DNA of 64,000 nucleotides from Prochlorococcus sp. AG-363-B11 (GCA_003278425.1 QCFE01000005.1:20066-84065); one strand, 5' to 3'. Shown: positions 53,432 to 64,000, counted from the stretch's first letter. Notes: a model not told the origin generated them from the sequence alone. Numbers and translations are program-made.

Positions 53432-55207
53432 TTAATTTATATATTCTTGAAGAGATTGAGCAATATTTTTTCTCTCTATATTATCCTTGCCAGAATTTGT
53501 ACAAACTCTAATCAATACTATGCCAGTCAAGTGAAGTCCCCACTCAATAGTTGACTTTAAATCATCAAGACATTCTATTTCTTTATATGGGATGCCGTAA
53601 GCTGATGAGAAATCTGATACATCTATTGATTGAGGCATTATAAACAAGTCATCTATATTTCCTTTATATAATTTGTCAAGGTTCAAACTTTTAAAGATAC
53701 CACCGCCATTATTATCTATCAATAAAAGTATTAAAGGGTATTTTAAAGATTTAGAAAGCAATAACGCATTACTATCATAAAGGAATGCAAGATCTCCACA
53801 AAGATGAATTAAAGGACCAATAATATGGGAAAGGCCAATTGCCAAGGAAATATTACCATCTATCCCAGAAGCACCTCTAAAACTAAAGCAAATTCTAGAT
53901 AGCAATCTCGAACTGGTATAAGTAAGTAAATCTCTAACAACAGAACTTGATGAAACCATTATGGGGAGAGTAAAGGGTAATAATTGATTCAACGAATTAA
54001 CAATTAATGGTTGATTAAGATTAGTAGTTGAAGAAAATTTCTCTTCAAGAAAAAGTTCAACTTGTTTGCTTTTAAAGTAAATATAAGTATATTTTTCAAG
54101 GTTATCATTAATACTTTTTAGAGATATATTAGGGTGCTTAATTAAAAATTTATCATGCCATGAAGCAAAGCCAAAAGGATATTGCTTAGCAACCCGAAGG
54201 GGATCTAAAGGTCGATATTCATTTTCTGTTATTAAGATTTGTTTTTCCGGAAAATTCATTAAGAACTCTTCTAGTGCTCTACTAGATGAGATTGGTCCTA
54301 ATCGTAAAATTTGTAGATGCTTTCCTAAAACAAGCTTTTTAGAGGCAATTAATAACTCCCAATAACTAATTAATCCTGGTTGATCAAATGATAATCCTGA
54401 CAATGGGTCTGCAAAAATAGGCCAATTTGTTAAAGATTGGAAAGTCATAAGTGATTTCCTATATCTATCTAAACCATCAGGTTGCCCCCTCCAAGGGCCT
54501 GCTAAAATTATCCCAAAACTATGTGGGTCTATATCCGGGAAATAAACATCTTTTTTTTCTCTGGAGAGGCTATCAACATTATTAGCATTTTTTGCTCGAA
54601 TTATTTTTAAATCTAATCCATCCCAAATTTCTTTTTGCTCTGAATATGAAGCATGCAGAGGTTCTTCTATTGGGATATTAAAATGCACAGGCCCAGGAAT
54701 TTGATGGGCCTTTTCCCAGATCCGACCAACCAGAGGATAAATATCATTAACTGGCAGGGCATGAATACCCTCACATGGGCCTTCTACAAAACCTCTGCAA
54801 ACTGGTTTCAGAAATTCTTCCTGATTAACTGTTTGATTAGCACCACAATCTTTGAGCCTTGATGGTCTATCTGCTGTGATGAAGATAATCGAGCGGCAAG
54901 ATCTATCAGCTTCAACTGCTGCTGGCAAAAGGTTTGCGACTGCTGTTCCGGAGGTTGTAATAACAACAGCAGCCTTACCAGAAGCTGTACTTAAACCTAA
55001 CGCTAAAAAAGCAGCAGATCTTTCATCAATAACGGTATATAGCTTTAGACCGTATTCTTCGGCAAGACCACCAACTGCCAAGGCAAGAGGGGATGATCTA
55101 CTCCCAGGGCAAAGGACTAAATGCTCTAAGCCTTTGTTTTGAAATTCCCTTAAGAGGATAATACAAAGAAAAAGATTAATGCGAGATCGAGATAGTGACA
55201 GTGACAA
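53432..55207 (-). CDS. menD: SEPHCHC synthase
   Basis: CPGSRSSPL, DERSAAF, TSGTAVAN, RGASGIDG, GDLAF, NNGGGIF. Confidence 0.95.
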   Translation of the reverse strand: MSLSLSRSRINLFLCIILLREFQNKGLEHLVLCPGSRSSPLALAVGGLAEEYGLKLYTVIDERSAAFLALGLSTASGKAAVVITTSGTAVANLLPAAVEADRSCRSIIFITADRPSRLKDCGANQTVNQEEFLKPVCRGFVEGPCEGIHALPVNDIYPLVGRIWEKAHQIPGPVHFNIPIEEPLHASYSEQKEIWDGLDLKIIRAKNANNVDSLSREKKDVYFPDIDPHSFGIILAGPWRGQPDGLDRYRKSLMTFQSLTNWPIFADPLSGLSFDQPGLISYWELLIASKKLVLGKHLQILRLGPISSSRALEEFLMNFPEKQILITENEYRPLDPLRVAKQYPFGFASWHDKFLIKHPNISLKSINDNLEKYTYIYFKSKQVELFLEEKFSSTTNLNQPLIVNSLNQLLPFTLPIMVSSSSVVRDLLTYTSSRLLSRICFSFRGASGIDGNISLAIGLSHIIGPLIHLCGDLAFLYDSNALLLSKSLKYPLILLLIDNNGGGIFKSLNLDKLYKGNIDDLFIMPQSIDVSDFSSAYGIPYKEIECLDDLKSTIEWGLHLTGIVLIRVCTNSGKDNIERKNIAQSLQEYIN

Positions 55208-55270
55208 AAAAGTAACTGATGTAATCTTCTCAGAGATGAGAATCTTTTGGGACTTTCAGTAAATTATTAA

Positions 55271-55849
55271 ATGTCATCATCTAGTCAAAAGGAAATTAAA
55301 AAAAAGTATTCAAACTGGAAAGGACTTTTAATCTGGATCCTTTTTGCTCTATTACTTCGTTGGCAAGTCGTAGAGCCTCGATGGATTCCCTCTGGTTCAA
55401 TGTTACCAACTTTGCAAGTCAAGGATAGGATTTTAGTTGAGAAGGTTAGCCCAAAGTTGAATAAGGTTTTAAAAAAACATCCAAGAAGAGAAACCATAGT
55501 AGTTTTCAAACCTCCACAAATCCTTATTGATTCTGGCTATGAATCTAACCAGGCTCTAATAAAAAGAGTAATAGGTATTCCTGGAGATAAGATAGAAGTT
55601 CGCGATGGTCATCTTCTTAGAAATGATGTTGTAATTGATGAGCCATGGGTTGTAGAGAAAATAAAATATGAAATGGAGCCAATTATTGTTCCTTTTCAAT
55701 CACTTTGGGTATTAGGTGACAATCGAAACAACAGTTTAGATTCACATCTTTGGGGTCCCTTAGAAGAGAAGAACCTTGTTGGGACAGCATCTCTTAGGTA
55801 CTGGCCATTAAAAATGCTTGGTCCTATTCGGTTCCCCGCCTCAAGATAG
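55271..55849 (+). CDS. lepB: Signal peptidase I
   Basis: IPSGSMLPTL, IKRVIG, GDNRNNSLDS. Confidence 0.95.
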   Translation: MSSSSQKEIKKKYSNWKGLLIWILFALLLRWQVVEPRWIPSGSMLPTLQVKDRILVEKVSPKLNKVLKKHPRRETIVVFKPPQILIDSGYESNQALIKRVIGIPGDKIEVRDGHLLRNDVVIDEPWVVEKIKYEMEPIIVPFQSLWVLGDNRNNSLDSHLWGPLEEKNLVGTASLRYWPLKMLGPIRFPASR

Positions 55850-55903
55850 TTAACTTATAAGCCCGTATTGCGATAAGGTTGTTATAAATGATGGCTGACT
55901 TGG

Positions 55904-56254
55904 ATGTTTAACCCAGAGTTTCTAGCTACTGATAACAATGATGGTGGAGAAGGTAATGACCTTATTCAATATTTACAAGAGCAATCACCTGATGTTCTTC
56001 AACGAGTAGCAAAATCTGCAAGTACTGATATCCAAGATATAATTAGGCACAATGTTCAGGGTCTTCTTGGTATGCTCCCTGGAGAACAATTTGAAGTAAA
56101 AATAACTTCATCTAGAGATCACTTTGCAAACCTTTTAGCATCAGCAATGATGACTGGTTATTTTTTAAGGCAAATGGAGCAAAGGAAAGAACTTGAAGAA
56201 TCATTATTAACAGATGAAGAGATGTCTATAAAACCTGATGAACTTAATCTCTGA
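55904..56254 (+). CDS. DUF760 family protein
   Basis: LIQYLQ, NVQGLLG.LP, LASAMMTGYFLRQME. Confidence 0.9.
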   Translation: MFNPEFLATDNNDGGEGNDLIQYLQEQSPDVLQRVAKSASTDIQDIIRHNVQGLLGMLPGEQFEVKITSSRDHFANLLASAMMTGYFLRQMEQRKELEESLLTDEEMSIKPDELNL

Positions 56255-57440
56255 ATTTTTTTAAAGGGTCTTTAGGCACAACACCTATTTTTAAAAGGGA
56301 CGAATCTAAAGAACCTAAGAAAGATGAATCTTCTGAGAGAATTCCCCATCGAGAAAAATTTATTTTTTGTCTCAAAGCTACACATTCTCTTTTAGTAAAA
56401 GTAATAGGTGCAGAAAAGTGAGCAGGAACGAGTAATTTCATACCATCTAAGTCCTTTATATCATCAAGCCATCTTAAAAACTCCTTTTTTGCTCTTGGAA
56501 AAACAAGCCTTTCTATAACAGGGGCAACTTGAAGAAGAGGTTTTTTTCTACCGATAATCTCATCACATGTTGACTCCCATCCTTTTTGCCATTCAAAAGG
56601 ATAAAGCCCGAAATGGGACCTCAAATTAAGTAGGCCAGGCTTAAATGCATTTTTAAAAACAGTTTTGATTGAAGGAATCTTTAATAGAGAAGGTTTTAAA
56701 AGGGAAGCAAACAAAACCAGTCTTGCCCAACCCTTTTTCCTTATTTCAGGTGAATCATCTAAGGCTTGGGTCCCTAGATCTCTTGCATGAAATAAAAGAG
56801 GTGTCGGGTCTAAATCAAATAATTTTGGAGGTTGAGAATCTATACCTATCAGGGCATCTGTAACGAGCAATGAATGAGATGGTTTATGGAAACAAGCAAT
56901 TTCTTGAAACCGACCAAGGCCAATATCAATAGGTCCTAAGGAAATCCACTGACAAATGTTTTTATGAGGTACACCATCTGCGAAAAGGGTCCTTGTACGA
57001 CCTGAAGGGAAACCAAGCCAAGACAAAGGCAAGGTGAATGGGAAACTCCACTGACCCGGACAAACCCAAAGAGTCGCCTTTGAGAATGACCTTGCCATTG
57101 CTGGCATAGAGATCTTGTGTTCTAGCCCCGACGCAGTTGGAAGAACAATTGAACGAACAGGTCCATATTCTTGTTCAAGAATCCTGAGCTGATCAAGCAA
57201 ATCTTTCGTGGGTGGCAAAGGATTTACAATCATTAATCCCTTAGGAACTTTAACTACCGTCATCCGGATAGGAACCGCAACATAATAAAGACCTTGTAAC
57301 TGCTCAAAACTCCAAACAAAGTCAGGGACTAATACAGAAAAGATAGTGTTTCTAGATCCATATGGATAAAGAGGAAACAAAGGCCACCAAAACCAATTAT
57401 TATTATCTTTTAAATATTTCTGTTGTAATTCAAGTGCCAT
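56244..57440 (-). CDS. DUF4336 family protein
   Basis: WPLFPLYPYG, VPIRMTVV, GLEHK, LVTDA, PAH. Confidence 0.88.
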   Translation of the reverse strand: MALELQQKYLKDNNNWFWWPLFPLYPYGSRNTIFSVLVPDFVWSFEQLQGLYYVAVPIRMTVVKVPKGLMIVNPLPPTKDLLDQLRILEQEYGPVRSIVLPTASGLEHKISMPAMARSFSKATLWVCPGQWSFPFTLPLSWLGFPSGRTRTLFADGVPHKNICQWISLGPIDIGLGRFQEIACFHKPSHSLLVTDALIGIDSQPPKLFDLDPTPLLFHARDLGTQALDDSPEIRKKGWARLVLFASLLKPSLLKIPSIKTVFKNAFKPGLLNLRSHFGLYPFEWQKGWESTCDEIIGRKKPLLQVAPVIERLVFPRAKKEFLRWLDDIKDLDGMKLLVPAHFSAPITFTKRECVALRQKINFSRWGILSEDSSFLGSLDSSLLKIGVVPKDPLKKFRD

Positions 57441-57442
57441 AA

Positions 57443-58312
57443 CTAAGTATTAGTTGAATTATTTAATTTTAAAATCCCATACCTTGGTGCAAAAAGAAAA
57501 GCTAATAGAAACAATGTAGTTTGAACTAAAACAATTGATCCGCCTGTTTCTATGTCTGACCAATAACTTATATATACTCCTAAAACACTAGATAATACAC
57601 TACTAATCACAGCTAATATTGTCATTCGGTCAAATCGATCAGTAAGAAGATAAGCCGTAGCACCAGGTGTAATTAACATAGCTACGACTAAGATGATTCC
57701 TACAGTCTGGAGACCCGCTACTGCTGCCAATGACAAAATAGAAAGCAATAAATAATGCAGAACGGCAGTATTTATTCCAATAGATCTTGCATGAGTAGCA
57801 TCAAAACAATACAACATTAAATCTCTCCTAAATATAATTAATACAGAAACTACAATTAAACAAATGAATATTGTCTGCCTTACATCAGAATCTGATATCC
57901 CTAATGGGCTTCCAAAAAGTATATGCATTAAATCAATATTACTTTTAATCTTTGATACCAAAACCAATCCGAGTGCGAAAAAACCTGTGAAAACTAATCC
58001 AATAACTGTGTCTTCTTTGACTCTAGATTTTTGCTTTACAAAACCAATTAATGCTACAGAACCAACTCCAAAAACAAATGCTCCTAATGAAAATGGAAGG
58101 CCTAAAGCATAAGCAACAACAACTCCGGGCATTACTGCATGTGAAACAGCATCTCCCATTAGTGCCCAGCCTTTAAGTGTCATATAACAAGAAAGCAATC
58201 CACAAACTCCGCCAACAAATGAACTAATCATCAAAGCTCTTCTCATGAATTCATGAGACAAAGGATCTACTAAGAATGAATAAGGACTAGTAGATAAAAA
58301 TGAGAGGTGCAT
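57443..58312 (-). CDS. mntB: Mn/Fe/Zn ABC transporter permease
   Basis: GWALMGDAVSHAVMPG, EDTVIG, HILFG. Confidence 0.88.
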   Translation of the reverse strand: MHLSFLSTSPYSFLVDPLSHEFMRRALMISSFVGGVCGLLSCYMTLKGWALMGDAVSHAVMPGVVVAYALGLPFSLGAFVFGVGSVALIGFVKQKSRVKEDTVIGLVFTGFFALGLVLVSKIKSNIDLMHILFGSPLGISDSDVRQTIFICLIVVSVLIIFRRDLMLYCFDATHARSIGINTAVLHYLLLSILSLAAVAGLQTVGIILVVAMLITPGATAYLLTDRFDRMTILAVISSVLSSVLGVYISYWSDIETGGSIVLVQTTLFLLAFLFAPRYGILKLNNSTNT

Positions 58313-58314
58313 AT

Positions 58315-59100
58315 TTAAATCTCTGAAGAAATCGACCCTGAAATAGGCTCTGGGGTCATCCCACCAAAAGTCATGGAAAGATTCTCAGATGTAAAGACCT
58401 CTGAAGTATTTCCATAGGCTAAAACAGTCTTATTTATAAGAACAACTACATCGCAAAATTCACGTACATGACTAAGGTCGTGAGTTGATATGAGAATTGA
58501 CCTCCCATCTTGGCGCAACTGCAAAAATAATTCAGACATTAGTTTTTCAGTTCTAATGTCTACACCTGCAAAAGGTTCATCAAGTAATAAGACAGAAGCT
58601 CTCTGAGCAATTGCCCGAGCTAAAAAAGCTCTCTTCCTTTGCCCACCAGATAAAGATCCTATTGGTCTTTTTCTAAACTCCAGTAATTCAACTCTTTCTA
58701 AAGCATCTATAACAGCTCTCTTATCAGACTCTCTAGGCATCCTCAAAAAATTCATAGCTCCGTACCTTCCCATCATCACAACATCCCAAACGCTTACTGG
58801 GAAGGAACAATCTATACACTCGTTTTGAGGGACATAAGCAACTGCTTGGTCTTTCTGAGCCTCTGAAACGGAACAACCATTAATGAGTATTTTCCCTCTT
58901 GAAGGGCGCACAAATCCCATAAGAGCTTTAAAAAATGTTGTTTTCCCAGCTCCATTCATCCCTACTAGGCCACATACACAGCCTGATTTAAGCTTTAAAC
59001 TGGCGTCATACAATGCAAGATTGCCATTGTAATCAACACATAATTCATCAGCCTCTATTCTCAAAAAATCTAAATCTGCATTATTTCTATATGAGTCCAT
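58315..59100 (-). CDS. mntA: Mn/Fe/Zn ABC transporter ATP-binding protein
   Basis: GMNGAGKTT, YVPQ, LSGGQRKR, LLDEPF, STHDL. Confidence 0.88.
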   Translation of the reverse strand: MDSYRNNADLDFLRIEADELCVDYNGNLALYDASLKLKSGCVCGLVGMNGAGKTTFFKALMGFVRPSRGKILINGCSVSEAQKDQAVAYVPQNECIDCSFPVSVWDVVMMGRYGAMNFLRMPRESDKRAVIDALERVELLEFRKRPIGSLSGGQRKRAFLARAIAQRASVLLLDEPFAGVDIRTEKLMSELFLQLRQDGRSILISTHDLSHVREFCDVVVLINKTVLAYGNTSEVFTSENLSMTFGGMTPEPISGSISSEI

Positions 59101-59103
59101 TAT

Positions 59104-60033
59104 TTATTCAGAAAGAGAAAATCCTTTGAGGATTAATTTGACGTTGTGTCTTTGTAACTCTAAAAAGGTTGGAGCAGGTCCATCCTTGTTAGAAAGAGAG
59201 TCAATGAAAAACTTACCACCAAAAGTAGTCTTTGTTATTCGAGCGACTTCCAATTGAGGTTTTTCACTAACAGTTGTTTCACAAAAAACGACTGGGACAT
59301 TACTAGAAGAAACAATCTCAATAAGTCTCTCCATTCGGCGAGGAGTCACCTGAGTTTCTGCATTAACTGGCCAAAGGTATGCTTCCTTGAAACCATAGTC
59401 ATCAGCTAAATAACTTAAAGCACCTTCACAACTTACTAGGATGCGTTTTTCTTTAGGGATTTTACTCAAAGCTTCTTTAAGCTCTAGATCTAATTCAACC
59501 AGCTCGTTTTTATATCGTCTTGCATTGTCTAAATAAATTTCTTTTCCATCAGGGTCTATCGATATAAAGGCCTTAACAATATTGTCCACATAATAAATTG
59601 CTCTTTTAGGTGACATCCAGGCATGAGGATTAGGTTTACCCTGATAAATATCATCATCAATAAGCAAGGGTTCCATGCCCTTTGACAAAACAAATCTTGG
59701 AACATTAGGAACAGAAGAGGTAAATTTCTTTGACCACAATTCAAGACCAAATCCATTCTCTAGAAAAAGAGCAGCTTGCGAGACCATTACCAAATCTCTG
59801 GGAGTAGGACTGTAGCCATGTACTTCCGCCCCTGGTTTTGTAATAGATTGAACTGATAAACGGTCACCTGAAATATTCTTTGCAATATCAGCAAGTACTG
59901 TAAAAGTAGTTATAACTAAAGGCTTAAGTTCTGACTTTTCAGAAGATTTTTGCCTAGGAAGTGATTTACAAGAAATTAAGAATATAGAGAAAAGTATAAA
60001 AAGTAAGTATCTAAGCCTCGTAATTTTTTTCAT
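59104..60033 (-). CDS. mntC: Mn/Fe/Zn ABC transporter substrate-binding lipoprotein
   Basis: Lipobox LISC, EVHGY, NPHAW, CEGA, DSLS (His-His-Glu-Asp metal set). Confidence 0.88.
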   Translation of the reverse strand: MKKITRLRYLLFILFSIFLISCKSLPRQKSSEKSELKPLVITTFTVLADIAKNISGDRLSVQSITKPGAEVHGYSPTPRDLVMVSQAALFLENGFGLELWSKKFTSSVPNVPRFVLSKGMEPLLIDDDIYQGKPNPHAWMSPKRAIYYVDNIVKAFISIDPDGKEIYLDNARRYKNELVELDLELKEALSKIPKEKRILVSCEGALSYLADDYGFKEAYLWPVNAETQVTPRRMERLIEIVSSSNVPVVFCETTVSEKPQLEVARITKTTFGGKFFIDSLSNKDGPAPTFLELQRHNVKLILKGFSLSE

Positions 60034-60079
60034 TGAGTATTCAATAGATTTTTAGCTATTTTTCATATACAAATACTTG

Positions 60080-61447
60080 TCAGCTAAGTCGAGGCATAAC
60101 ATTAGTTTGATTACTCGCTATTTGTTCATTTACCCAATTTTTAGACTGCTTAAGAAAATTAGACCAATCAACCTTTTCTTGTTCTGCAGCTTTAGCAATT
60201 AAATCAGGAGCTTGAAGCTTAAGTAATTCGAGGTCAGGTTGAGAAACGCCATTATTCAATGCCATCCAATCAGCCATAGATCTACCAACTACCCTTGTTA
60301 AATAAGCTGCGCTTATAGCTTGCATGGCTCCTGCGGCAAGCCAAGTTCCTCCATGAAGCTTTGCAACTCCTAGCAATGTTTGACCACTCCACTCAACTAC
60401 ACCTTGAGCAAGCGCTGCTATAGCTAATTGACGAGCAACTTTATTTAACAAGTCAGGCTTAATATCACAAGCCCAAATGCTTCCCATTTCTTGAATCATA
60501 AGACCATTGACCACAGCCAAAGATAATAAATCTGTAGATGGGACAGGCGAGGCAAAGACTGCTCCTGCAACTAACCACTGAGAGCGGTTTTGAATGGCTC
60601 TGAACTTATCTCTTCGTAATGCCTCTAAATCTGATTGCCATGAAGTATGTAATCTAGAAAGCAACCTCTGCTGAGTTTGATCAATATTTCTCTTAGGTTG
60701 CTCTAAACAGCGCCTGACAGGAGTAAAAACATTTTTCATTTGCTGTAAAGAAGCTGAACTTTTCAAAATTCGATTCTTCCATCTTTCTGGCAATTGAGAA
60801 GAAAGTTCATTCAACTCATTAGTCCAATCAGCTGATTCATCAGATTTAACCATTACCCAAGAATTCAGATCTTCAGGAATTGCCTTAAGCCAAAGCAAAT
60901 CAACCGCTCTTAAGGGCAAAGGCAAATAATAAATAATTATGTCCTGTTGAAATAACTCTTCTGGGAATTCCCATGATTTATTTCTAATAGGTAGAGAAGG
61001 AGAACAAGAGAGCTCTAAAGAGTAAGAATTTGTTATTGATTCTTCTATTAAATCTTTTTTTGGTAAATTTATACCTTTTGTACTAATAAATGCTAGTGAT
61101 TGAATAGCCTTTCGAGAAAGGATCTTCTGAAGTTCAATATTTCTAGAAGAAGCTTTCAGGACATGATCCTTAGGATCTTCTAATGCTTCAAATTGATTAA
61201 GGACATGCTTACATCGCTTAACCCAGCCCTTCAAAGTAGATGGGCGAGCAAAGGATCCAGCAGATGGCTTAGACAGGAACCAAACACCCGCACCGGCAGC
61301 TAAAACCGCAAGACCCCCTGAAGGGATATGCACAAGATCATTAAAAACCCACTGACCTGCAATTAATGAGCCCAAAACAACTCCAACCTTACCTGCTGGC
61401 AAACTAGGAATTGAAATAGATGGAACTAGATTTCTCATGATTTTCAT
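60080..61447 (-). CDS. YcjF/DUF697 family protein without a recognisable P-loop
   Basis: C-terminal SPVPSTDLL, AYLTRVVGRS; N-terminal hydrophobic segments. Confidence 0.82.
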   Translation of the reverse strand: MKIMRNLVPSISIPSLPAGKVGVVLGSLIAGQWVFNDLVHIPSGGLAVLAAGAGVWFLSKPSAGSFARPSTLKGWVKRCKHVLNQFEALEDPKDHVLKASSRNIELQKILSRKAIQSLAFISTKGINLPKKDLIEESITNSYSLELSCSPSLPIRNKSWEFPEELFQQDIIIYYLPLPLRAVDLLWLKAIPEDLNSWVMVKSDESADWTNELNELSSQLPERWKNRILKSSASLQQMKNVFTPVRRCLEQPKRNIDQTQQRLLSRLHTSWQSDLEALRRDKFRAIQNRSQWLVAGAVFASPVPSTDLLSLAVVNGLMIQEMGSIWACDIKPDLLNKVARQLAIAALAQGVVEWSGQTLLGVAKLHGGTWLAAGAMQAISAAYLTRVVGRSMADWMALNNGVSQPDLELLKLQAPDLIAKAAEQEKVDWSNFLKQSKNWVNEQIASNQTNVMPRLS

Positions 61448-61669
61448 TAATCTTCTCCTTACATAACTTACTAAAAATATTAAAGCAAATCAAATCACAA
61501 TAAATGTACTGAGATTCTTGGATCTCAGATAGAAATTCACACAGACTCTTGCTATTTCTTTAATAAAAAAATTTTAAAAAAGTGTGAATCTGCTCAACGT
61601 CTTCAAATAAAGCTTCTCAATAAGGCCAATTATGCGCCAAAATTATAATTTGATACAAGTGTTGTCGTC

Positions 61670-62197
61670 ATGAGTGAGTCCTACGGAGATCCACAGAAAG
61701 ACAGAAACTTAAACGTCGGCAGAGGGAGCTTAAGAGGAGGCAACAGAGGTCCAGGCAATCGAGAAGGAGGAGGCTTTCGAATACGTCTTAGTGATAACGA
61801 GATGAGGGCATCTCGAGCAATTCAAGAAGCGTTCAATCTTAGATCAACTGTTGCAGTTCTAGGTTTTGCCCTTCGAACATTAGGTCAAATGCTTGAAGAG
61901 GGGAAACTTGATAATTTAATCGCCGAATACCGTTCTCAAGCTCCAAGCGGAAACATTAATAGAAATAAGTACGACTATATTGATAAAAAATCTGATCATA
62001 AACACAAAGCAACTTTCAAACCAGACCCCTTCGCTAGACCTACAAAACCAGAATCTGTTCAAACAGACGAAGCAAAAAAAAATGATCAAGAAGAAAATGA
62101 AATCAATAATCTCGATGAAGCCAATACCTTAGATACAATTGAAAGTTCTATTAAACAATCAGAATCTACTAATTCAACAAACAATTCTAGTGAATAA
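61670..62197 (+). CDS. Conserved hypothetical protein with a possible ribbon-helix-helix core
   Basis: R/G-rich N-terminus, FRIRLSDNEMRASRAIQEAFNLRSTVAVLGFALRTL core, acidic low-complexity tail. Confidence 0.85.
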   Translation: MSESYGDPQKDRNLNVGRGSLRGGNRGPGNREGGGFRIRLSDNEMRASRAIQEAFNLRSTVAVLGFALRTLGQMLEEGKLDNLIAEYRSQAPSGNINRNKYDYIDKKSDHKHKATFKPDPFARPTKPESVQTDEAKKNDQEENEINNLDEANTLDTIESSIKQSESTNSTNNSSE

Positions 62198-62244
62198 TTT
62201 TAATGGATAAAAATAAATCAAATCCTTTCCCCCCTTAAGATTCA

Positions 62245-63264
62245 GTGAACAAGAAAAGAATCTTATCTGGTGTACAGCCTACAGGCGATCTTCATATAGG
62301 AAATTGGCTGGGTGCCATCCGGAATTGGGTAAACCTACAAAAAGAATATGATACTTATGTATGCGTAGTGGATCTCCATGCAATCACAGTTCCTCATAAC
62401 CCAGAGAAACTTAAATCAGACACATTATCAACTGCTGCCTTATATATTGCATGCGGAATGGACCCTAAAGAATGTTCAATATTCGTTCAAAGCCATATCC
62501 CCGCCCATACCGAACTGTGCTGGTTACTAAATTGTGTAACTCCGCTCAATTGGATGGAAAGAATGATCCAATTTAAAGAAAAAGCATTAAAGCAAGGTGA
62601 CAACGTATCTATAGGATTACTTGACTACCCAGTATTAATGGCAGCAGATATCCTTTTATATGATGCAGATCTAGTTCCGGTTGGAGAAGATCAAAAACAA
62701 CATCTTGAGTTGGCAAGAGATATTGCTCAACAAAGAATTAATTCTAGATTTAGTAAAGACAAAAAGCCAATCCTTAAGATTCCTCAACCACTAATCATGA
62801 AAGAAGGTGCAAAAATCATGAGCCTTTTAGATGGTAGTAGTAAAATGAGCAAAAGTGATCCAAACGAAAATAGCAGAATTGGCCTATTAGATAATCCAGA
62901 TACAATCAGCAAAAAAATAAAAAAAGCCAAAACAGATCAACACTATGGCTTAGAATTTGGAAATCCAAAAAGGCCTGAATCAGATAACCTTTTAGGTATT
63001 TACTCAATGGTTACGAACCAATCCAAAGAAAAAATCAGGAAAGAATGCTCTGCTATGGGTTGGGGGAAATTCAAACCACTTCTAACTGATGCACTTATTT
63101 CTTCACTTGAGCCAATTCAAAAAAAATATAATGCTCTTATTCAAGACCGCTCAGAATTAAATAATGTCCTAAAAGAAGGCACAGAAAATGCAAAAATTCT
63201 TTCAGGAATTACATTACAAAGACTTAAGGAAGCTCTTGGTTTTCTAGAAACTACAAGTATCTAA
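62245..63264 (+). CDS. trpS: Tryptophan-tRNA ligase
   Basis: [25 protein letters not shown]. Confidence 0.98.
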   Translation: MNKKRILSGVQPTGDLHIGNWLGAIRNWVNLQKEYDTYVCVVDLHAITVPHNPEKLKSDTLSTAALYIACGMDPKECSIFVQSHIPAHTELCWLLNCVTPLNWMERMIQFKEKALKQGDNVSIGLLDYPVLMAADILLYDADLVPVGEDQKQHLELARDIAQQRINSRFSKDKKPILKIPQPLIMKEGAKIMSLLDGSSKMSKSDPNENSRIGLLDNPDTISKKIKKAKTDQHYGLEFGNPKRPESDNLLGIYSMVTNQSKEKIRKECSAMGWGKFKPLLTDALISSLEPIQKKYNALIQDRSELNNVLKEGTENAKILSGITLQRLKEALGFLETTSI

Positions 63265-64000
63265 TGCCAATAATTACTCTCCCTGATGGAAGCCAGAAAA
63301 GATTCACAAAACCAGTAACAATTACTGAGATAGCAACTGCTATTGGCCCAGGTTTGGCCAAAGCTGCTCTTGCAGGGGAAGTAAATGGTAATTTAAGAGA
63401 TACATCTATCCCAATAGATTTTGATGCAGATGTAAGGATCATTACTGCTAAAGATAAGGAAGGTATTAATATTATTCGCCATTCATTTGCCCACCTAGTT
63501 GGACATGCCGTAAAACAATTATATCCAACTTCAAAAATGGCAATAGGTCCAGTAATTGAAAATGGTTTTTACTACGATATAGCATATGAAAAGAATTTTA
63601 CTCCAGATGATTTAAATAAGATTGAATCTAGGATTAACGAACTTATCAAACAAGATTATGATGTTAAAGTTGAAGTAGTTTCCAAACAAATTGCAAGAAA
63701 AACCTTTGAAGAGAGAAAAGAGCCTTATAAGTTACAGATTATCGATGAGATACCTGAAAAAGAAACAATAAAATTATATAAACATCAAGAATATATTGAC
63801 ATGTGTAGAGGGCCTCATGTTCCAAATACTTCTCATCTAAGATCTTTTTCACTGATGAAAGTATCAGGTGCTTATTGGAGAGGAAGTTCAGACAATGAAA
63901 TGCTACAGAGGATATATGGAACAGCATGGGGTAGTCAAAAAGAACTAAAAAGATATATAGAAAAACTAGACGAAGCTGAGAAAAGAGATCACAGAAAGCT
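63264..64000 (+). CDS. thrS: Threonine-tRNA ligase, 5' part (runs off window; not in the ORF track)
   Basis: ATG overlaps the trpS stop (TAATG). Hand translation gives [10 protein letters not shown]...[12 protein letters not shown]...IIRHSFAHL...[12 protein letters not shown]...DMCRGPHVP...GAYWRG...[10 protein letters not shown]...AEKRDHRK. Confidence 0.96.
   Translation, partial: MPIITLPDGSQKRFTKPVTITEIATAIGPGLAKAALAGEVNGNLRDTSIPIDFDADVRIITAKDKEGINIIRHSFAHLVGHAVKQLYPTSKMAIGPVIENGFYYDIAYEKNFTPDDLNKIESRINELIKQDYDVKVEVVSKQIARKTFEERKEPYKLQIIDEIPEKETIKLYKHQEYIDMCRGPHVPNTSHLRSFSLMKVSGAYWRGSSDNEMLQRIYGTAWGSQKELKRYIEKLDEAEKRDHRK

Noticed and set aside
60032-60070. ATTGA-N4-TCAAT palindrome and ManR-like ATGAAAA upstream of mntC (similar half-site at 61433-61447)
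   Set aside because: Only half-sites or wrong spacing relative to ManR/Zur/Fur boxes, and too short in AT-rich DNA.
1-64000. CRISPR arrays, tRNA/rRNA genes, IS elements, integrases, defence systems
   Set aside because: No regularly spaced repeats, cloverleaf or rRNA signatures, or transposase/recombinase motifs were seen by eye. tRNAscan and Infernal runs would confirm.

Overview
AT-rich chromosomal window of a marine picocyanobacterium, most consistent with a low-light Prochlorococcus. This is inferred from gene content, compact synteny, and an enterobacterial-type ThrRS beginning [10 protein letters not shown]. About 57 kb is core housekeeping sequence: 3' part of mfd; purK, aroB, nadA, ctpA-like protease, ispG, aspC, phnC/phnE-like, rsmE, hslO, prfC, sipA, bioY, lspA, tadA, spt, glnA with an NtcA promoter, acs, sds, murI, amidase, ubiD, aroA, glmU, murF, glgA, menB, menD, lepB, mntCAB, trpS, and the 5' part of thrS. 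A 6S RNA lies downstream of purK. The one accessory stretch is a gene-sparse 5.3-kb island between mfd and the 6S RNA (about 1815-7140). It holds petP, DoxX and TIGR02450 genes, four micro-ORFs below the ORF-track cutoff, a cluster of DnaA-box-like 9-mers, a candidate small RNA with an orphan terminator, and a decayed TPR-protein gene. The main anomalies in the core region are a phnDCE-type operon that lacks phnD and has a frameshifted permease, and a metallophosphoesterase that appears to need a non-canonical (CTG) start. I saw no tRNA, rRNA, CRISPR array, transposase or integrase, and no complete novel multi-gene system that I can support. Family assignments come from motif recognition, not database searches.
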